Assembly (NCBI GenBank): GCA_000002445.1
Contig: CP000066.1
Span: forward strand, 480,001 to 544,000
DNA: 64,000 bases
Reading direction: 5' to 3'
Source: Trypanosoma brucei
Lineage: Eukaryota
A model generated the notes under the pieces. It did not search any database and was not told the origin of the DNA. It worked only from the letters and a program-made list of their open reading frames with translations. Within the stretch, counting starts at the first letter, position 1; each line of letters starts with the position of its first letter. This document shows positions 8,404-19,300 of the stretch, piece by piece. A program made the position numbers and the translations under genes.

Positions 8404-10431
8404 TCAGTAGACACAAACACAGTTACATCCCCTGGGGCAACGGTGCACACTCTGGTCATTCCACCACGCCATAATATGCGACATGTGCCCCCCATGACCG
8501 CAGTAAATACAACGCAAAATGAGGCAGCCATTCCTCTTGCTTGAAGGAGGCGGTGTGGCGCCTCCTTCAGCTCCACCACTCCCATGTCCTTGCCCGCCCG
8601 GTAATAGCGAGAGACCACAAATAGCACATGTGTCTGTTGGTAGTAAAGCTGGGCTTAGGTCCTTGTCCTTCGCTCCAACAGTGCCAGGGCCTCCGCTACC
8701 GCTATCACCATACGCATTAATTGGTGAACTCCTGCTGGCCATGTGTAGTTGTTGATTTAGGGTAGCATTACAATAGGCGGTCTCAATAGCGCTCATGACA
8801 AGTTCTACCTCACGGAACTTTACAGGCTGATCCATGATAAAGAATACATGAGAAACAACAGACACACAGCGATAGCACTCTACCGGATGAATCAGATGCT
8901 TTGCAATGTCTGGAAACGCCGGTTCCTCACTTAATATGGAGGGAAGTACAACACAACAGACGACTACACCCGCCCAAAAGGGTTGCCGCTGTGCCTGCAT
9001 CGTCTCCACGGATTGAGCAAGAGCTGGTATGAGGAGTTTTCGAGCACAGAGCAGAGGTGTCTGCACTACCAGCGCTCCCTTCACGATATGGGACAACGTG
9101 CGAAACGTCAGCGATACCCCGCGAAGCGCTTTGGCGTTACGTGTTATATGAGCGTTCTTGCATAAGGCGGAATGGGGTTTATCGTCATACAGGCACACAT
9201 CATTCATCGTATATTTTTTCGTATGCAGTATATTTTCCGGTGCTAATAGTGAAGGAAGTAGCATCCTCCTTTCTTTACTTACCCCCTTTGGCACCACAGA
9301 TAGGTCAAGTGCAGAATTAGTCAAAAAAATCCGCCCCTGGACCGATTGGCTATCGGGTCCGTGCGAAAAAACACCAGCCACACCTGTCAAACCAATCGTG
9401 TTTCCATCGATACCGTCCCCACATTCTGTATTACCACACCCGCGGTTGAAAAGCGGTGAAGACGACGAAAAGCCACCTGAAGACGTCGCATCGGGATGTG
9501 GTCTTCCCTTTGCAAGAGATGCAGATGCAGAGCGATCATCAATTCCTTTTGCTTCCGATCGGTCTGAGCGTCCCCATGAAAGGATTCCGCCGTTCGGCAT
9601 GAATGCGGCGGCAAACTGACGCTTCGGCCTCAGAACCATATTACTCCCCATGAAGTCTTCAAAATGCCCAACAAAATCATCCCGCAGTGACCAACCATTA
9701 CTTTCCTCGTATAATGCCGTCGTGCTTCCCGAGTGCACGCAGTCACGCTCAAGCACTAAGCAACTCTCGTCCAGTTCCAAGGCCCCCCACCAAGTGCAGA
9801 GAAAAGAGAAACCAGACAGAAACAATGACCCAGTCGCCTGCTCAACACCACGTCCCACTGCCCCAGCGTCCATGGATACCTCTGTCGACGAACCCGAGGC
9901 ATCCACAGGCCTCAGTGATGTGAGTCGCGAGCAGCCATACCGCAATTTGCCGTAGTAGTCCGCAGCGTTCTCAACAGTATCATTGCAACCCCCATTGTGT
10001 GACAGTTTTGGCGCAGTGAGTTTCGATATAGCTTCCTCTAAGACAAACGACTGCAACCCACAGCATCTGTTGGCACCACCCCCGCTATCATGCTCGCTGC
10101 CTTGTACGCAACCGTCCTTGGCGTAGCGCCAGCTGCAGGGAGCCGCCGGATACGAAGGTGGGAAAACAGCGACCCACTCCGCTACAACCATGAACCCTGA
10201 AACAGAATTCTTGGGTTCTACAGCCCCTTGGAATTCGCGCTGAAGCCGCACAACCACCATACAAGTCCCGTCTACTTCTGAAACCGGGTCGCACACTATT
10301 ACGGTAGGCGCTCCTCTCCCCGACGGCAGTTTCGCTGGCGTGGCCTGAATACCTACGCACGGTGCGAAGTAAACGCTAGCACGTTTTCTTGCCTCCTCAA
10401 CCTCCGGCGATACAACAACTAAAGGTCCCAT
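8404..10431 (-). CDS. Protein of 675 aa with a C-terminal GATOR2/SEA-complex-type RING/zinc-binding domain (WDR24/WDR59/MIOS-like).
   Basis: C-terminus reads CAICGLSLL...CLILRCIYCGHGGHMSHIMAWWNDQSVHRCPRGCNCVCVY. It matches the C-x2-C ... C-x2-C-GHGGH-x2-H-x3-W ... CP-x-GC-x-C arrangement characteristic of Sea2/3/4, WDR24, WDR59 and MIOS. The rest of the protein is Gly/Ser-rich with no other obvious domain. ATG checked at 10429-10431 (reverse complement). Confidence 0.7.
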   Translation of the reverse strand: MGPLVVVSPEVEEARKRASVYFAPCVGIQATPAKLPSGRGAPTVIVCDPVSEVDGTCMVVVRLQREFQGAVEPKNSVSGFMVVAEWVAVFPPSYPAAPCSWRYAKDGCVQGSEHDSGGGANRCCGLQSFVLEEAISKLTAPKLSHNGGCNDTVENAADYYGKLRYGCSRLTSLRPVDASGSSTEVSMDAGAVGRGVEQATGSLFLSGFSFLCTWWGALELDESCLVLERDCVHSGSTTALYEESNGWSLRDDFVGHFEDFMGSNMVLRPKRQFAAAFMPNGGILSWGRSDRSEAKGIDDRSASASLAKGRPHPDATSSGGFSSSSPLFNRGCGNTECGDGIDGNTIGLTGVAGVFSHGPDSQSVQGRIFLTNSALDLSVVPKGVSKERRMLLPSLLAPENILHTKKYTMNDVCLYDDKPHSALCKNAHITRNAKALRGVSLTFRTLSHIVKGALVVQTPLLCARKLLIPALAQSVETMQAQRQPFWAGVVVCCVVLPSILSEEPAFPDIAKHLIHPVECYRCVSVVSHVFFIMDQPVKFREVELVMSAIETAYCNATLNQQLHMASRSSPINAYGDSGSGGPGTVGAKDKDLSPALLPTDTCAICGLSLLPGGQGHGSGGAEGGATPPPSSKRNGCLILRCIYCGHGGHMSHIMAWWNDQSVHRCPRGCNCVCVY

Positions 10432-10952
10432 GATCCCTCCTATTTCTACTTTTGCGCGGTTTCCTTTCTTTTTTCAAGCCCTGATGTAAAGGCTCTACCG
10501 TGTGGCAGTTCCCTCTCCCTCCGCTACAATGGTTTTCCCTTGTGCTCGCGCGTGCGCACCAAAACTTATAATGGGGCTCTTGCGTGAATTCAGGTGCAGT
10601 TCTTAACACAAGGGGGGAAACAATAATAAAACTAGAGGTTTCTGTCATAGTAGTACAGCCCGCAAGTAAACATGCAGTTGACGAACGACAACCTACCTCC
10701 AGCAGCATAATAAAGAAGTAAATGCGGATGCAAGAATATAATGATGTACGAACGTAATGCGGAAGTTACCTAAACGCCAAATCACAAGGAGGAGAACTTC
10801 ATATGTGCAGAAAGACCCACCCAACCCTCATTAATTCAATACCTCTACATATATTACCTTATCCTGCACCATATTGCTGCAGTCATAATACTTCCACCAT
10901 TCCTCCATATATATGAATAGACATACAGGTACGCGTGCAGACGAGTATACCA

Positions 10953-11807
10953 CTAGAATTCTTCCATTTGTGGCTCAGGACCATATGACAGTTTCTCTCC
11001 AAACACAGATTTTAGGCGCCACTCGTCTCGCACCTGGTCATCAACCTTTGGTTCCACGAACTTCCGGAAAAACCAGGCACGGCGAACGGACACTTGCTTC
11101 CAGTAGTTGTGCAGTCGTGCTTGCGCTTTGCAGTAAAACTTCACAACTGACTCCTCCAACACCTGAGCCATCGCGGGACCGGCGGAAGAATAATACATCT
11201 CTTCTGCCTCCAGAGCCGTAACAGGTTGCCCCTCCCGCTTGCGACGCGTGACCTCCCGCTCAACACCGGAGTACAACTCCTCCCGGAACTCGGCGGGAGG
11301 CTTAAATTCCAAATCCGTCCAATGACCCCCACTAAAGCCTTTAACCTGAGGGTAGCGGACAAGATTCCTGGTAAGTTGGGGTGTGGCATCCTTACTCACT
11401 TCGTAGAACTTAAGATTCGGATAGCGGTCAGCGCTCTGGTGGCAAAGAAATTCAAACGTTTTGTCGAGTGCATTACACGCTGTGCAGTTCTCCTGATGAT
11501 ACCGCACAACCATAACGTCATCCGAGTGAGAAAAGTAGTGCAACTTCTCCCGCATCTCCTCTACCGAATGAATTGGCTTCACACACCTGGTTGGAAATTT
11601 CATCCAAATTGGATTCACTGGCAACTCGTTGTTTGCGCCCAAACCGCTACGGATACCTGCGCTGTTCATCATCAGTGCCTTCATTTTGTGCGAAGCCGAT
11701 TGGTAAAGCTCGAGCTTCTCCCGCCGTCGCTTGATCCCAGCAACGACTTCAGACCGGCCGCCCGGTACCTCCGGCTCGCTCCATTCTTCTTTTCGGGTTT
11801 CGGCCAT
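10953..11807 (-). CDS. Thioredoxin-fold protein with a CTAC (CxxC) motif (284 aa).
   Basis: VVVRYHQENCTACNALDKTFEFLCH ... YPNLKFYEV follows the thioredoxin pattern (W)CxxC-K-x-l-x-P-x-fe-x-la ... yp-x-vkF. It carries a basic/acidic C-terminal extension. ATG checked at 11805-11807 (reverse complement). Confidence 0.7.
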   Translation of the reverse strand: MAETRKEEWSEPEVPGGRSEVVAGIKRRREKLELYQSASHKMKALMMNSAGIRSGLGANNELPVNPIWMKFPTRCVKPIHSVEEMREKLHYFSHSDDVMVVRYHQENCTACNALDKTFEFLCHQSADRYPNLKFYEVSKDATPQLTRNLVRYPQVKGFSGGHWTDLEFKPPAEFREELYSGVEREVTRRKREGQPVTALEAEEMYYSSAGPAMAQVLEESVVKFYCKAQARLHNYWKQVSVRRAWFFRKFVEPKVDDQVRDEWRLKSVFGEKLSYGPEPQMEEF

Positions 11808-12066
11808 TACACCTAAGTGTTTTATGGCAGTACCCGACCAAACAGACGTTACAGTTTCAACGAAAATAACAGTACAGTGACGACAAATTGTGTTGTGGTA
11901 AAGAGACGATAAAACCTTGCAGAAGCACTACGAAAGTTAAGCGATAACGACTAAATAACTAATGGAGCGGAACCACAATAGCAAAAACACGAGCCAGTTG
12001 TGGTATCTCCGATATTCCTATCAAAACAAACTCTTCAGCTTCGACTGCCCCCACCGGAGCTACGCA

Positions 12067-12091
12067 AATATATATATATATATATATATAT
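12067..12091. repeat. (TA)n microsatellite.
   Basis: atatatatatatatatatatatat seen directly. Similar (TA)n tracts occur at 3603-3620, 6471-6491, 16984-17008, 19018-19036, 33443-33461, 37197-37216, 59673-59698 (followed by (ATTT)n 59699-59728) and 60192-60235. Confidence 0.9.
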
Positions 12092-12792
12092 GCGTGCGGG
12101 TGCTCGTGTTTATGTATGTATGTATATATGTGTATTAATTTAAAAATAAAGAAATGGCTTTTAGGGTTACTACTATTTTCCCCCCTTTGAAAGTCGGAAG
12201 AATGTCCTCCACCCTATTATCTTTACAACTGGAACCCCCTGGTACGAACCCCACTAGATTTCGTGGGGCGAACCGTGTCTTCGTTCGAAGTGAAATGATG
12301 TGTAACGAGAAAAAGGGGGGAAAGCGGAAAAAATTAGATAATAGTTTAGAGGAATTGTACACACGAGTTAGGCGGGGAGATAGTGTGCACAAACACTCAC
12401 TCTCTCTCCCTCTCTCTCACACACACACATACATACACGCATTGACCGGTACAGCACATGCCAATTTGCGTAAGATTTGTGGTGACAAAAAAAAATAAAT
12501 AAATACATGAGCAGCAAATTGACCTCGTGATTTTTGCACACACTCAAACATCTCTACAGCGGAACATACCCGCCCATGTTCTATTCTCACCTTTTTTTTT
12601 GTGTTGCTCATCTCATATTTCATTTCGCTCCAGCTTCTCAAGTCACAAAAAAAAAGGTCCCCGCAACTCGATCTCCATCATGTTTGTTTACTTCCCCCCC
12701 CCACACACACACACATCGTCAGCGGCACATTCCGAAGCCTCGTTATGCTTCCGGTGTTGCCCTCAGCGGTGAGGCATAAAGTAGTAAAAATG

Positions 12793-12816
12793 GGAGGAGG
12801 AGGAGGAGGAGGAGGA
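12793..12816. repeat. (GGA)8 trinucleotide repeat in an intergenic region.
   Basis: ggaggaggaggaggaggaggagga seen directly. Confidence 0.9.
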
Positions 12817-13733
12817 CAGTAATGAAAATGGGGAACAGAAGCGGCGTGATATCATATCCTCCCACCACCCCTGGCACTTGTTTCTCCCGACATTAATCGG
12901 CACAACTCAAATCTTCTCGTCTCCTTTGCCACACAACTTCTAAGAGTTCGCGTTACTTTGTTATCCGGTCCCACCCAACCTTACAAATTGCTTTCCCTCT
13001 CAGCGCACCACACCAACATGTAACGAACATCATATACATCAACCATGAAAAAATAAAGGATGTACAGAGGGGAAGGTGAAGCAGGGGGGGGTGAACAAGA
13101 ATTACAAAGAAAAAAACAAATGAGGGTAAAAGAGCAAAAGCCCTATAAAGGAAGAAAAGGGAACATTACTTAACAACGCGGAAAGGAATTGCATCAGCAG
13201 CGGAAATAGAACACGATGCGGAATAAAATTGGTCTCGTAGGAAATGAAAGCGTGAGCATGAGATGGGCATAATTCTATTCTTTTTTCACTTTGTTTTTAA
13301 TTCTCCTTCCGCCTTTTGGTGTACCATTTTTGTTTTTTCTACGAGCACAAGTATAGGATGAACAGAGAGTTAACGCACATAAAAGAATCGGCAAACAATA
13401 AGAAACAAAAAATGATACGCACAAAAGCGAGAATTGACACATCGGCAGCTCCCACTGTCACTTTCTGCAGTACGATTCTCAGACGCAGCGCAAGGTCTTC
13501 TTTTTTCTCCCCTTTCCTCCTTCTCAAGTCCCTACCGGGTCCACAGGTGGCGGCGCGGGCATCATCAAAAACTGCAACTTCCATCCACTTCAGCCTTCAA
13601 CGTTACGGCTGATGTATATTAAAGATGCCTCCGCCCACTCCCTACGTACAACGAACAAAAAACGAATAAAATGGTAAATGTTACATGCTTTTACAGCTTT
13701 TTCTTTGTGTTTCCTTCAACATTCTTCATTCCC

Positions 13734-16337
13734 TTATGCTTCATCTTCTATCTCATCTTCACCTGTGCCAGACGCACGGGCAACATCATTCCCACTAAGT
13801 TCTTCGCTCCCAATAGAGGAAGATGATGAAGAAGCGTTCTTTCGACCTTTGGATACGCTAGAGCTTGACCGAGACGTCCTTTTACTGCTCGATTCTTTGG
13901 ACGATGCACCATCCGCTGAGTCCTTCGCCGCGTCGGCACCGGACGCCTCATCCACAGCCTCGCTCTTTACCGCATCAGAATCTAGCTCATCTACATCCTG
14001 ATCGTTAACATGTTCGTCCTCTACAACCTGTTGCACAGCCTCACCCTTTTCAGATGATGGCGATCTCTCCAGTTCGTCGCCGTACTCGAACTTATCCCCC
14101 TCCAGTTTAGCGGATGATTCGGATTTCTTCGATGATGAGCGGGACTGCTCCGACTCGGTATCTTTCTTTTCAGATGTCTGGGACTTGTCAAGCTCCTCAG
14201 TGTATTCATCCTTCTGTTCATCATCCTCAGGCTTCTTCGATGATGAGCGGGACCGCTCCGACTCGGTATCTTTCTGATCCTCAGCCTCGGTATCTTTCTT
14301 TTCAGATGTCTGGGACTTGTCAAGCTCCTCAGTGTATTCATCCTTCTGTTCATCATCCTCAGGCTTCTTCGATGATGAGCGGGACCGCTCCGACTCGGTA
14401 TCTTTCTGATCCTCAGCCTCGGTATCTTTCTTTTCAGATGTCTGGGACTTGTCAAGCTCCTCAGTGTATTCATCCTTCTGTTCATCATCCTCAGGCTTCT
14501 TCGATGATGAGCGGGACTGCTCCGACTCGGTATCTTTCTTTTCAGATGTCTGGGACTTGTCAAGCTCCTCAGTGTATTCATCCTTCTGTTCATCATCCTC
14601 AGGCTTCTTCGATGATGAGCGGGACCGCTCCGACTCGGTATCTTTCTGATCCTCAGCCTCGGTATCTTTCTTTTCAGATGTCTGGGACTTGTCAAGCTCC
14701 TCAGTGTATTCATCCTTCTGTTCATCATCCTCAGGCTTCTTCGATGATGAGCGGGACCGCTCCGACTCGGTATCTTTCTGATCCTCAGCCTCGGTATCTT
14801 TCTTTTCAGATGTCTGGGACTTGTCAAGCTCCTCAGTGTATTCATCCTTCTGTTCATCATCCTCAGGCTTCTTCGATGATGAGCGGGACCGCTCCGACTC
14901 GGTATCTTTCTGATCCTCAGTGTCAGGATCCTTCTTTCCGGACTCGGAGGCTTCAAATTCGTCACCATAATCATTCTTGGTTGTATCAGCAGTTGGTTCA
15001 TCATCCGTCTTGTCTGCATCATCCTTCGTCAGTTCCTCAGGCTTCTTCGATGATGAGCGGGACCGCTCCGACTCGGTATCTTTCTGATCCTCAGTGTCAG
15101 GATCCTTCTTTCCGGACTCGGAGGCTTCAAATTCGTCACCATAATCATTCTTGGTTGTATCAGCAGTCGGTTCATCATCCGTCTTCTCTCGTCCTTCCCT
15201 GCCGGATCTCTCAGACTTCCTTGACGATGGTCGAGAACGGTCAGATTGAGTGTCCTTCCCATCTTCAGCATCGGTGGTGTCCTGTTGCATCGCTTTTTGA
15301 CTGGCGCTTGCAGATGCAGAGGACGGGCGAGCAGCAGATGCAGGACGGCTATTGCCACCATCCTTCAAAATTTCCTTGCTCGTCGACTGCTCTGTCGAGG
15401 CTGGTTGCGGAGATGCTGTAGAAGGTCTGCTTTCCCTCTTAGCTTCGCTGGGTTGCGCCACACTTGATGTAGAACCCTTCCCAGTTGCAGAGTCTTCCGC
15501 GACTGATGATGAAATTGGGGCCTCGTCTTCGGTCACAGCACCGTGCTTACTGCTTTCAGTTAACCCTCCACCGGACTTCCGGCCGCCAACGGGAGAAGCG
15601 GCTCCTTTGCCCTTCTGTGGTGTGGCGGGTCGGGAAGAGTCCGAATTTAGAGTTTCTCTAATGGTCTTGAGTAATATATTCTTGGGAGGGGACGAAGTTT
15701 TGCCCTTTCCCTGACTGCTGCAGGCACCCGGTCGGCCACCTCGTTGGCCCACTGTATCAGGACGCTTTTGTTTGGGTGGCTTAGGAACTGTCGCCACGGC
15801 GCGTTTCTTGGATCCAGTAGCTCTACTCGACACAGTACGTTGACGCTTCTTCGCAACTTCTTTTCTACCCGATGTAGTCTCTTTCGGGCTGGTCAACTCC
15901 TCGGCCTCAACACGCCTCTGCGTAGCGAATCCCGTCCGGCATGCGAGTTCCTCCAACTCCCTCTGGCGCCGTTCCTCAAATCGCCGGCGAGCCACTTCAC
16001 GCCGATGTTGCTCCAACCGCTTCTGCCGCCTCATCTCTTCCCGGCGCTCGGCCGTTTCACGGATCAACATCTCCCTTCGGGCCCAGTAAGGTGCAAGGTA
16101 TGGATCTTCCAAATCGTTATACGGAGGAAGACTTTGGTCTTGTAGTGGCCCAAGTGTGAATTCTGTTTCTAGGAAGCGCTGAGCGGACTGTGGGCGTAGA
16201 TTACTGTTTACTGTAGATCTTGGTGTAACAACACACAAAGCATTGGTAGCAGCCGGACCATGTGACGCGTAGACGCCCACTCGAGCTGCCTCACCGCCGC
16301 GAGATGAACTCTCCAGTGGGGGGAGCGACTTCGACAT
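13734..16337 (-). CDS. Highly acidic Ser/Glu/Asp/Lys-rich tandem-repeat protein (867 aa) with an RR/EE coiled-coil C-terminal region.
   Basis: One continuous ORF runs from unique N-terminal sequence through six 44/36-aa repeats (KKPEDDEQKDEYTEELDKSQTSEKKDTEAEDQKDTESERSRSSS) and two 58-aa repeats into a unique C-terminal region (RREEMRRQKRLEQHRREVARRRFEERRQRELEEL). ATG checked at 16335-16337 (reverse complement). Confidence 0.8.
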   Translation of the reverse strand: MSKSLPPLESSSRGGEAARVGVYASHGPAATNALCVVTPRSTVNSNLRPQSAQRFLETEFTLGPLQDQSLPPYNDLEDPYLAPYWARREMLIRETAERREEMRRQKRLEQHRREVARRRFEERRQRELEELACRTGFATQRRVEAEELTSPKETTSGRKEVAKKRQRTVSSRATGSKKRAVATVPKPPKQKRPDTVGQRGGRPGACSSQGKGKTSSPPKNILLKTIRETLNSDSSRPATPQKGKGAASPVGGRKSGGGLTESSKHGAVTEDEAPISSSVAEDSATGKGSTSSVAQPSEAKRESRPSTASPQPASTEQSTSKEILKDGGNSRPASAARPSSASASASQKAMQQDTTDAEDGKDTQSDRSRPSSRKSERSGREGREKTDDEPTADTTKNDYGDEFEASESGKKDPDTEDQKDTESERSRSSSKKPEELTKDDADKTDDEPTADTTKNDYGDEFEASESGKKDPDTEDQKDTESERSRSSSKKPEDDEQKDEYTEELDKSQTSEKKDTEAEDQKDTESERSRSSSKKPEDDEQKDEYTEELDKSQTSEKKDTEAEDQKDTESERSRSSSKKPEDDEQKDEYTEELDKSQTSEKKDTESEQSRSSSKKPEDDEQKDEYTEELDKSQTSEKKDTEAEDQKDTESERSRSSSKKPEDDEQKDEYTEELDKSQTSEKKDTEAEDQKDTESERSRSSSKKPEDDEQKDEYTEELDKSQTSEKKDTESEQSRSSSKKSESSAKLEGDKFEYGDELERSPSSEKGEAVQQVVEDEHVNDQDVDELDSDAVKSEAVDEASGADAAKDSADGASSKESSSKRTSRSSSSVSKGRKNASSSSSSIGSEELSGNDVARASGTGEDEIEDEA
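14107..14905. repeat. Tandem array of six in-frame coding repeats (four of 132 nt, two of 108 nt) plus a partial unit.
   Basis: The motif tctttcttttcagatgtctgggacttgtcaagctcctcag... recurs at 14161, 14293, 14425, 14533, 14665 and 14797. That gives periods of 132, 132, 108, 132 and 132 nt, with near-perfect identity between units. Confidence 0.9.
14855..15200. repeat. Two tandem copies of a 174-nt (58-aa) coding repeat adjacent to the 132-nt array.
   Basis: ggtatctttctgatcctcagtgtcaggatccttctttccggactcggaggcttcaaattcgtcaccataatcattcttggttgtatcagcag occurs at 14901 and again at 15075. Confidence 0.8.
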
Positions 16338-19300
16338 GCTTCAAGTAATAAGTCCACTACGCACTATGAGCGTAACCACGGCGGCTCGCACAAGGTTTGG
16401 GTGTAGGTTGCAACTCCACCAACACTTAAATAAATTGCGCAACCAAGTAGGGAGGGAATATTTCTTCTCTTGCTGTACCCCTCTATGCGGTGGCTGAATA
16501 GTTCGTCTGATTCAACAATCGTTGCCTATTAAATTTAAAGTTATATACCTCCTCCCCTCTTCCTTTCGCTCCGGGTTCCCCGCTATCTAATTAAATGTAA
16601 TTGGGAAACAAGAACAGTGGAAGTGCGAACGCTCCCCCAATGCACTCAAATTAAATCGAACCAACTTTTCCCTTCCTTTACTTCCTTTAATAACCTGAGA
16701 TGCGTGTGCAAGGTACTGCAATACTTCCTGGTTTCCTTCCTTGTTTCCTTACTCAGAAAAACTGCTTAGCTTTCCTTCGAGCCCCTTGCGCCTTTACTCT
16801 CTTTTTCGACCACACTTATGTTCTTCCTTTTTGTTTTATCTATTTTTCTGTTGTATGTTAAAAGCATGACCACGCCGGTGATTAGAATTGTTTGCAAAAA
16901 GAAAAAAAAGGTATATACACAGATAGAAAGAGAGAATAGGAAAGGAAAGAGGCAAAAATTGAAGCGAAGACTAAAAAAGACGCATATATATATATATATA
17001 TATATATAATAACAATTAAAGAATACGTAAGGTAAGAGTTAGTGGAGAGACGTGTGTATATGCCCCAACGACTTCAGTGTGAAGGAAGATCAGGAAGAAC
17101 AAGAAAAAAAACGTATTTGAAGTAGAAATAGCACAGAGAGGAGGGAGAAAGGAAAAAAGAGGGATCACAGTTAATGAAACATAAATAAATATATATATAT
17201 ATTTATTTATTTATTGGTGCTGTAGACAGGCAATGCGACTCAGCTCGGCCAAAAAGGAGGGGGGAGGACAAGCAACAAACAAAACGAAACAACAACAACA
17301 ACAATAATAATAATAATAACCAAAAAGTTTAGTAAAGTTTGAAACATGAGTCACCACTCCACCCACAGGTTTGTCATAACAACGGAACTGCTGCGAGACG
17401 CTACAGCACAGAAAAGAAAACGAAAAAAAAACAAAGATACCAGCCGAGAAACAAAAAACAAAACAAAAGAGGTAGCAGGTGGTAACTCCCTCAGCAGTGG
17501 GTACACAAAACAATGACATGCGGCACCGATATTTCAGCCCGATGTACATTTAAAAACATAAATACAATTTTAATGGTAAAGTAAAGAAGACAAAAGAAGT
17601 AAAGTAGAAAAGTAAAAGAATGCATAAATATGAAGATGAGGAACGCAAATACAACAGGAGAAGCAGCACTGAGTAAAAAAGAAAGAAAGGGGAAAAGGGC
17701 ACTCATTCCGACAAAAATGCGGGGGGAACACAATGCAAAATTTTTTTAAAAAAAAAAATGAAGCATCTTTTCTGGCTTCCAACAATGACGGAGGAACAAA
17801 AATGAAGAGCGCCAAACCAAATTAAGAACAGCACAACAAAAAAAAAAAAGAAAACAAATGGCAACATACAAATACGCACACACTTCCCTCCACTCCACTC
17901 CACTCCAGTCCATTTTTGGATACAAACATGGTAACACAAACCACAATAAACAAATGCGCGTAATTTAATTTATTTGCGCAAAAACACGAAAAAAAAAACA
18001 GACGGGGGATGTGGAGGCACCCGGGCCAAAACAGTTATTTCCGCAAAAGAAACCAGCAACCAACAAGATACGAAAAAAAAAAAAAGAGCAAACGGACACT
18101 CGGGCACATATATGCATGTGCTAACGAAAATATTTATGTCTATTTACAAATATTTATATATATGTATGTATCTATGTGCCTGTCTCGGACTCTTTCTTCC
18201 CCTCCCCCTTCTTCCCCTTCGCCTCTTCACTCATTTTTTTTTAAAATTGTTTCGTTTGTTTCTTTGATATTTCACATCACTTATCAAACACAAACCCTCT
18301 CCTCTCTCCCTTTTTCTTTTTGTGTGTATCCTCTCATGGTTTCGCTAAATGCCTTCCTCCTTCCTCTTGTGTTCCCCTCCCAAAAATACACACACACAAA
18401 CACAAAAAAAAAGGGTGGTATTTTTCGCACTCATTTACACTCTTTTGGATTCTTAATGTTCCTTCTCCTCCGCCAACGCGTGAATTAACCTTTCTGAGGC
18501 ACACACAAAAAAAAAACAAAAATACATCTGCTTTCCTCCTTTCATTTCACATACACATTCTCTCTATGAATACAAAGTTAAACAATTTAAGATTCACAAA
18601 TAAAAATAAACAAAAGAATTTACCTTCTGAAAGTTACGTTTGAACCACAGAGCATACAATAAAAGTTTTGGGCATCACCGTGCCGACAAAAACTTTCCTT
18701 TTCGCCATCTCGCAAAATGTAATTCCTCATATTATCCATTGAACCACAGTGAGGCCATCCATATAACTCATTTCTACAAAAACGAGCCGAATGAATAACA
18801 CAAATAACCCACTCCACTCCACCCCCCCCCCAAAAAAAAAAGAAAAAAGGCCGGAGAGAATGAGGAAACACTGACTCAAACATTCACAGGTAATAAAACA
18901 CACCTCAGACATTTGGATGGTTTGATGGTTGTGCCTATCGCATGCTTATGGAGTTTGTTTGTTTGTTTGTTTTTAGGAAAAAAAAAAAAGATCAGACACA
19001 CAAATATTTATAAATTTATATATATATATATATATTTATTTATACGTGACAAGTTGTGAACACGTCCAATTATTTCTTTTTTTTTTTTTGCAGCTCCTTT
19101 CCTATTTCTATCATTATCATTTTTTTTTCTTTTTTCCTTTTAAATTAGCATAACTGATGTACTTTCCTCTTTTTTTTTCCCCCCTTACCATATCGTCATT
19201 CCAGCGACGTTGATCTCAGATATTTTCTTTTGTTTTTTTTTCTCTTATTTCCATCTTTCCTTTTTTTTCTTTTGTTCATTTCACCTCAGCTTTACGTCAT

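Noticed and set aside
14114-15421. 435-aa plus-strand ORF (MIRISSMMSGTAPTRYLS...) and a 333-aa minus-strand alternate-frame ORF (14021-15022, Arg-rich) over the tandem-repeat array.
   Set aside because: Both are periodic read-throughs created by the 132-nt repeat: the same peptide unit recurs with the repeat period. Only the 867-aa frame connects to unique, protein-like N- and C-terminal sequence with a verified ATG.
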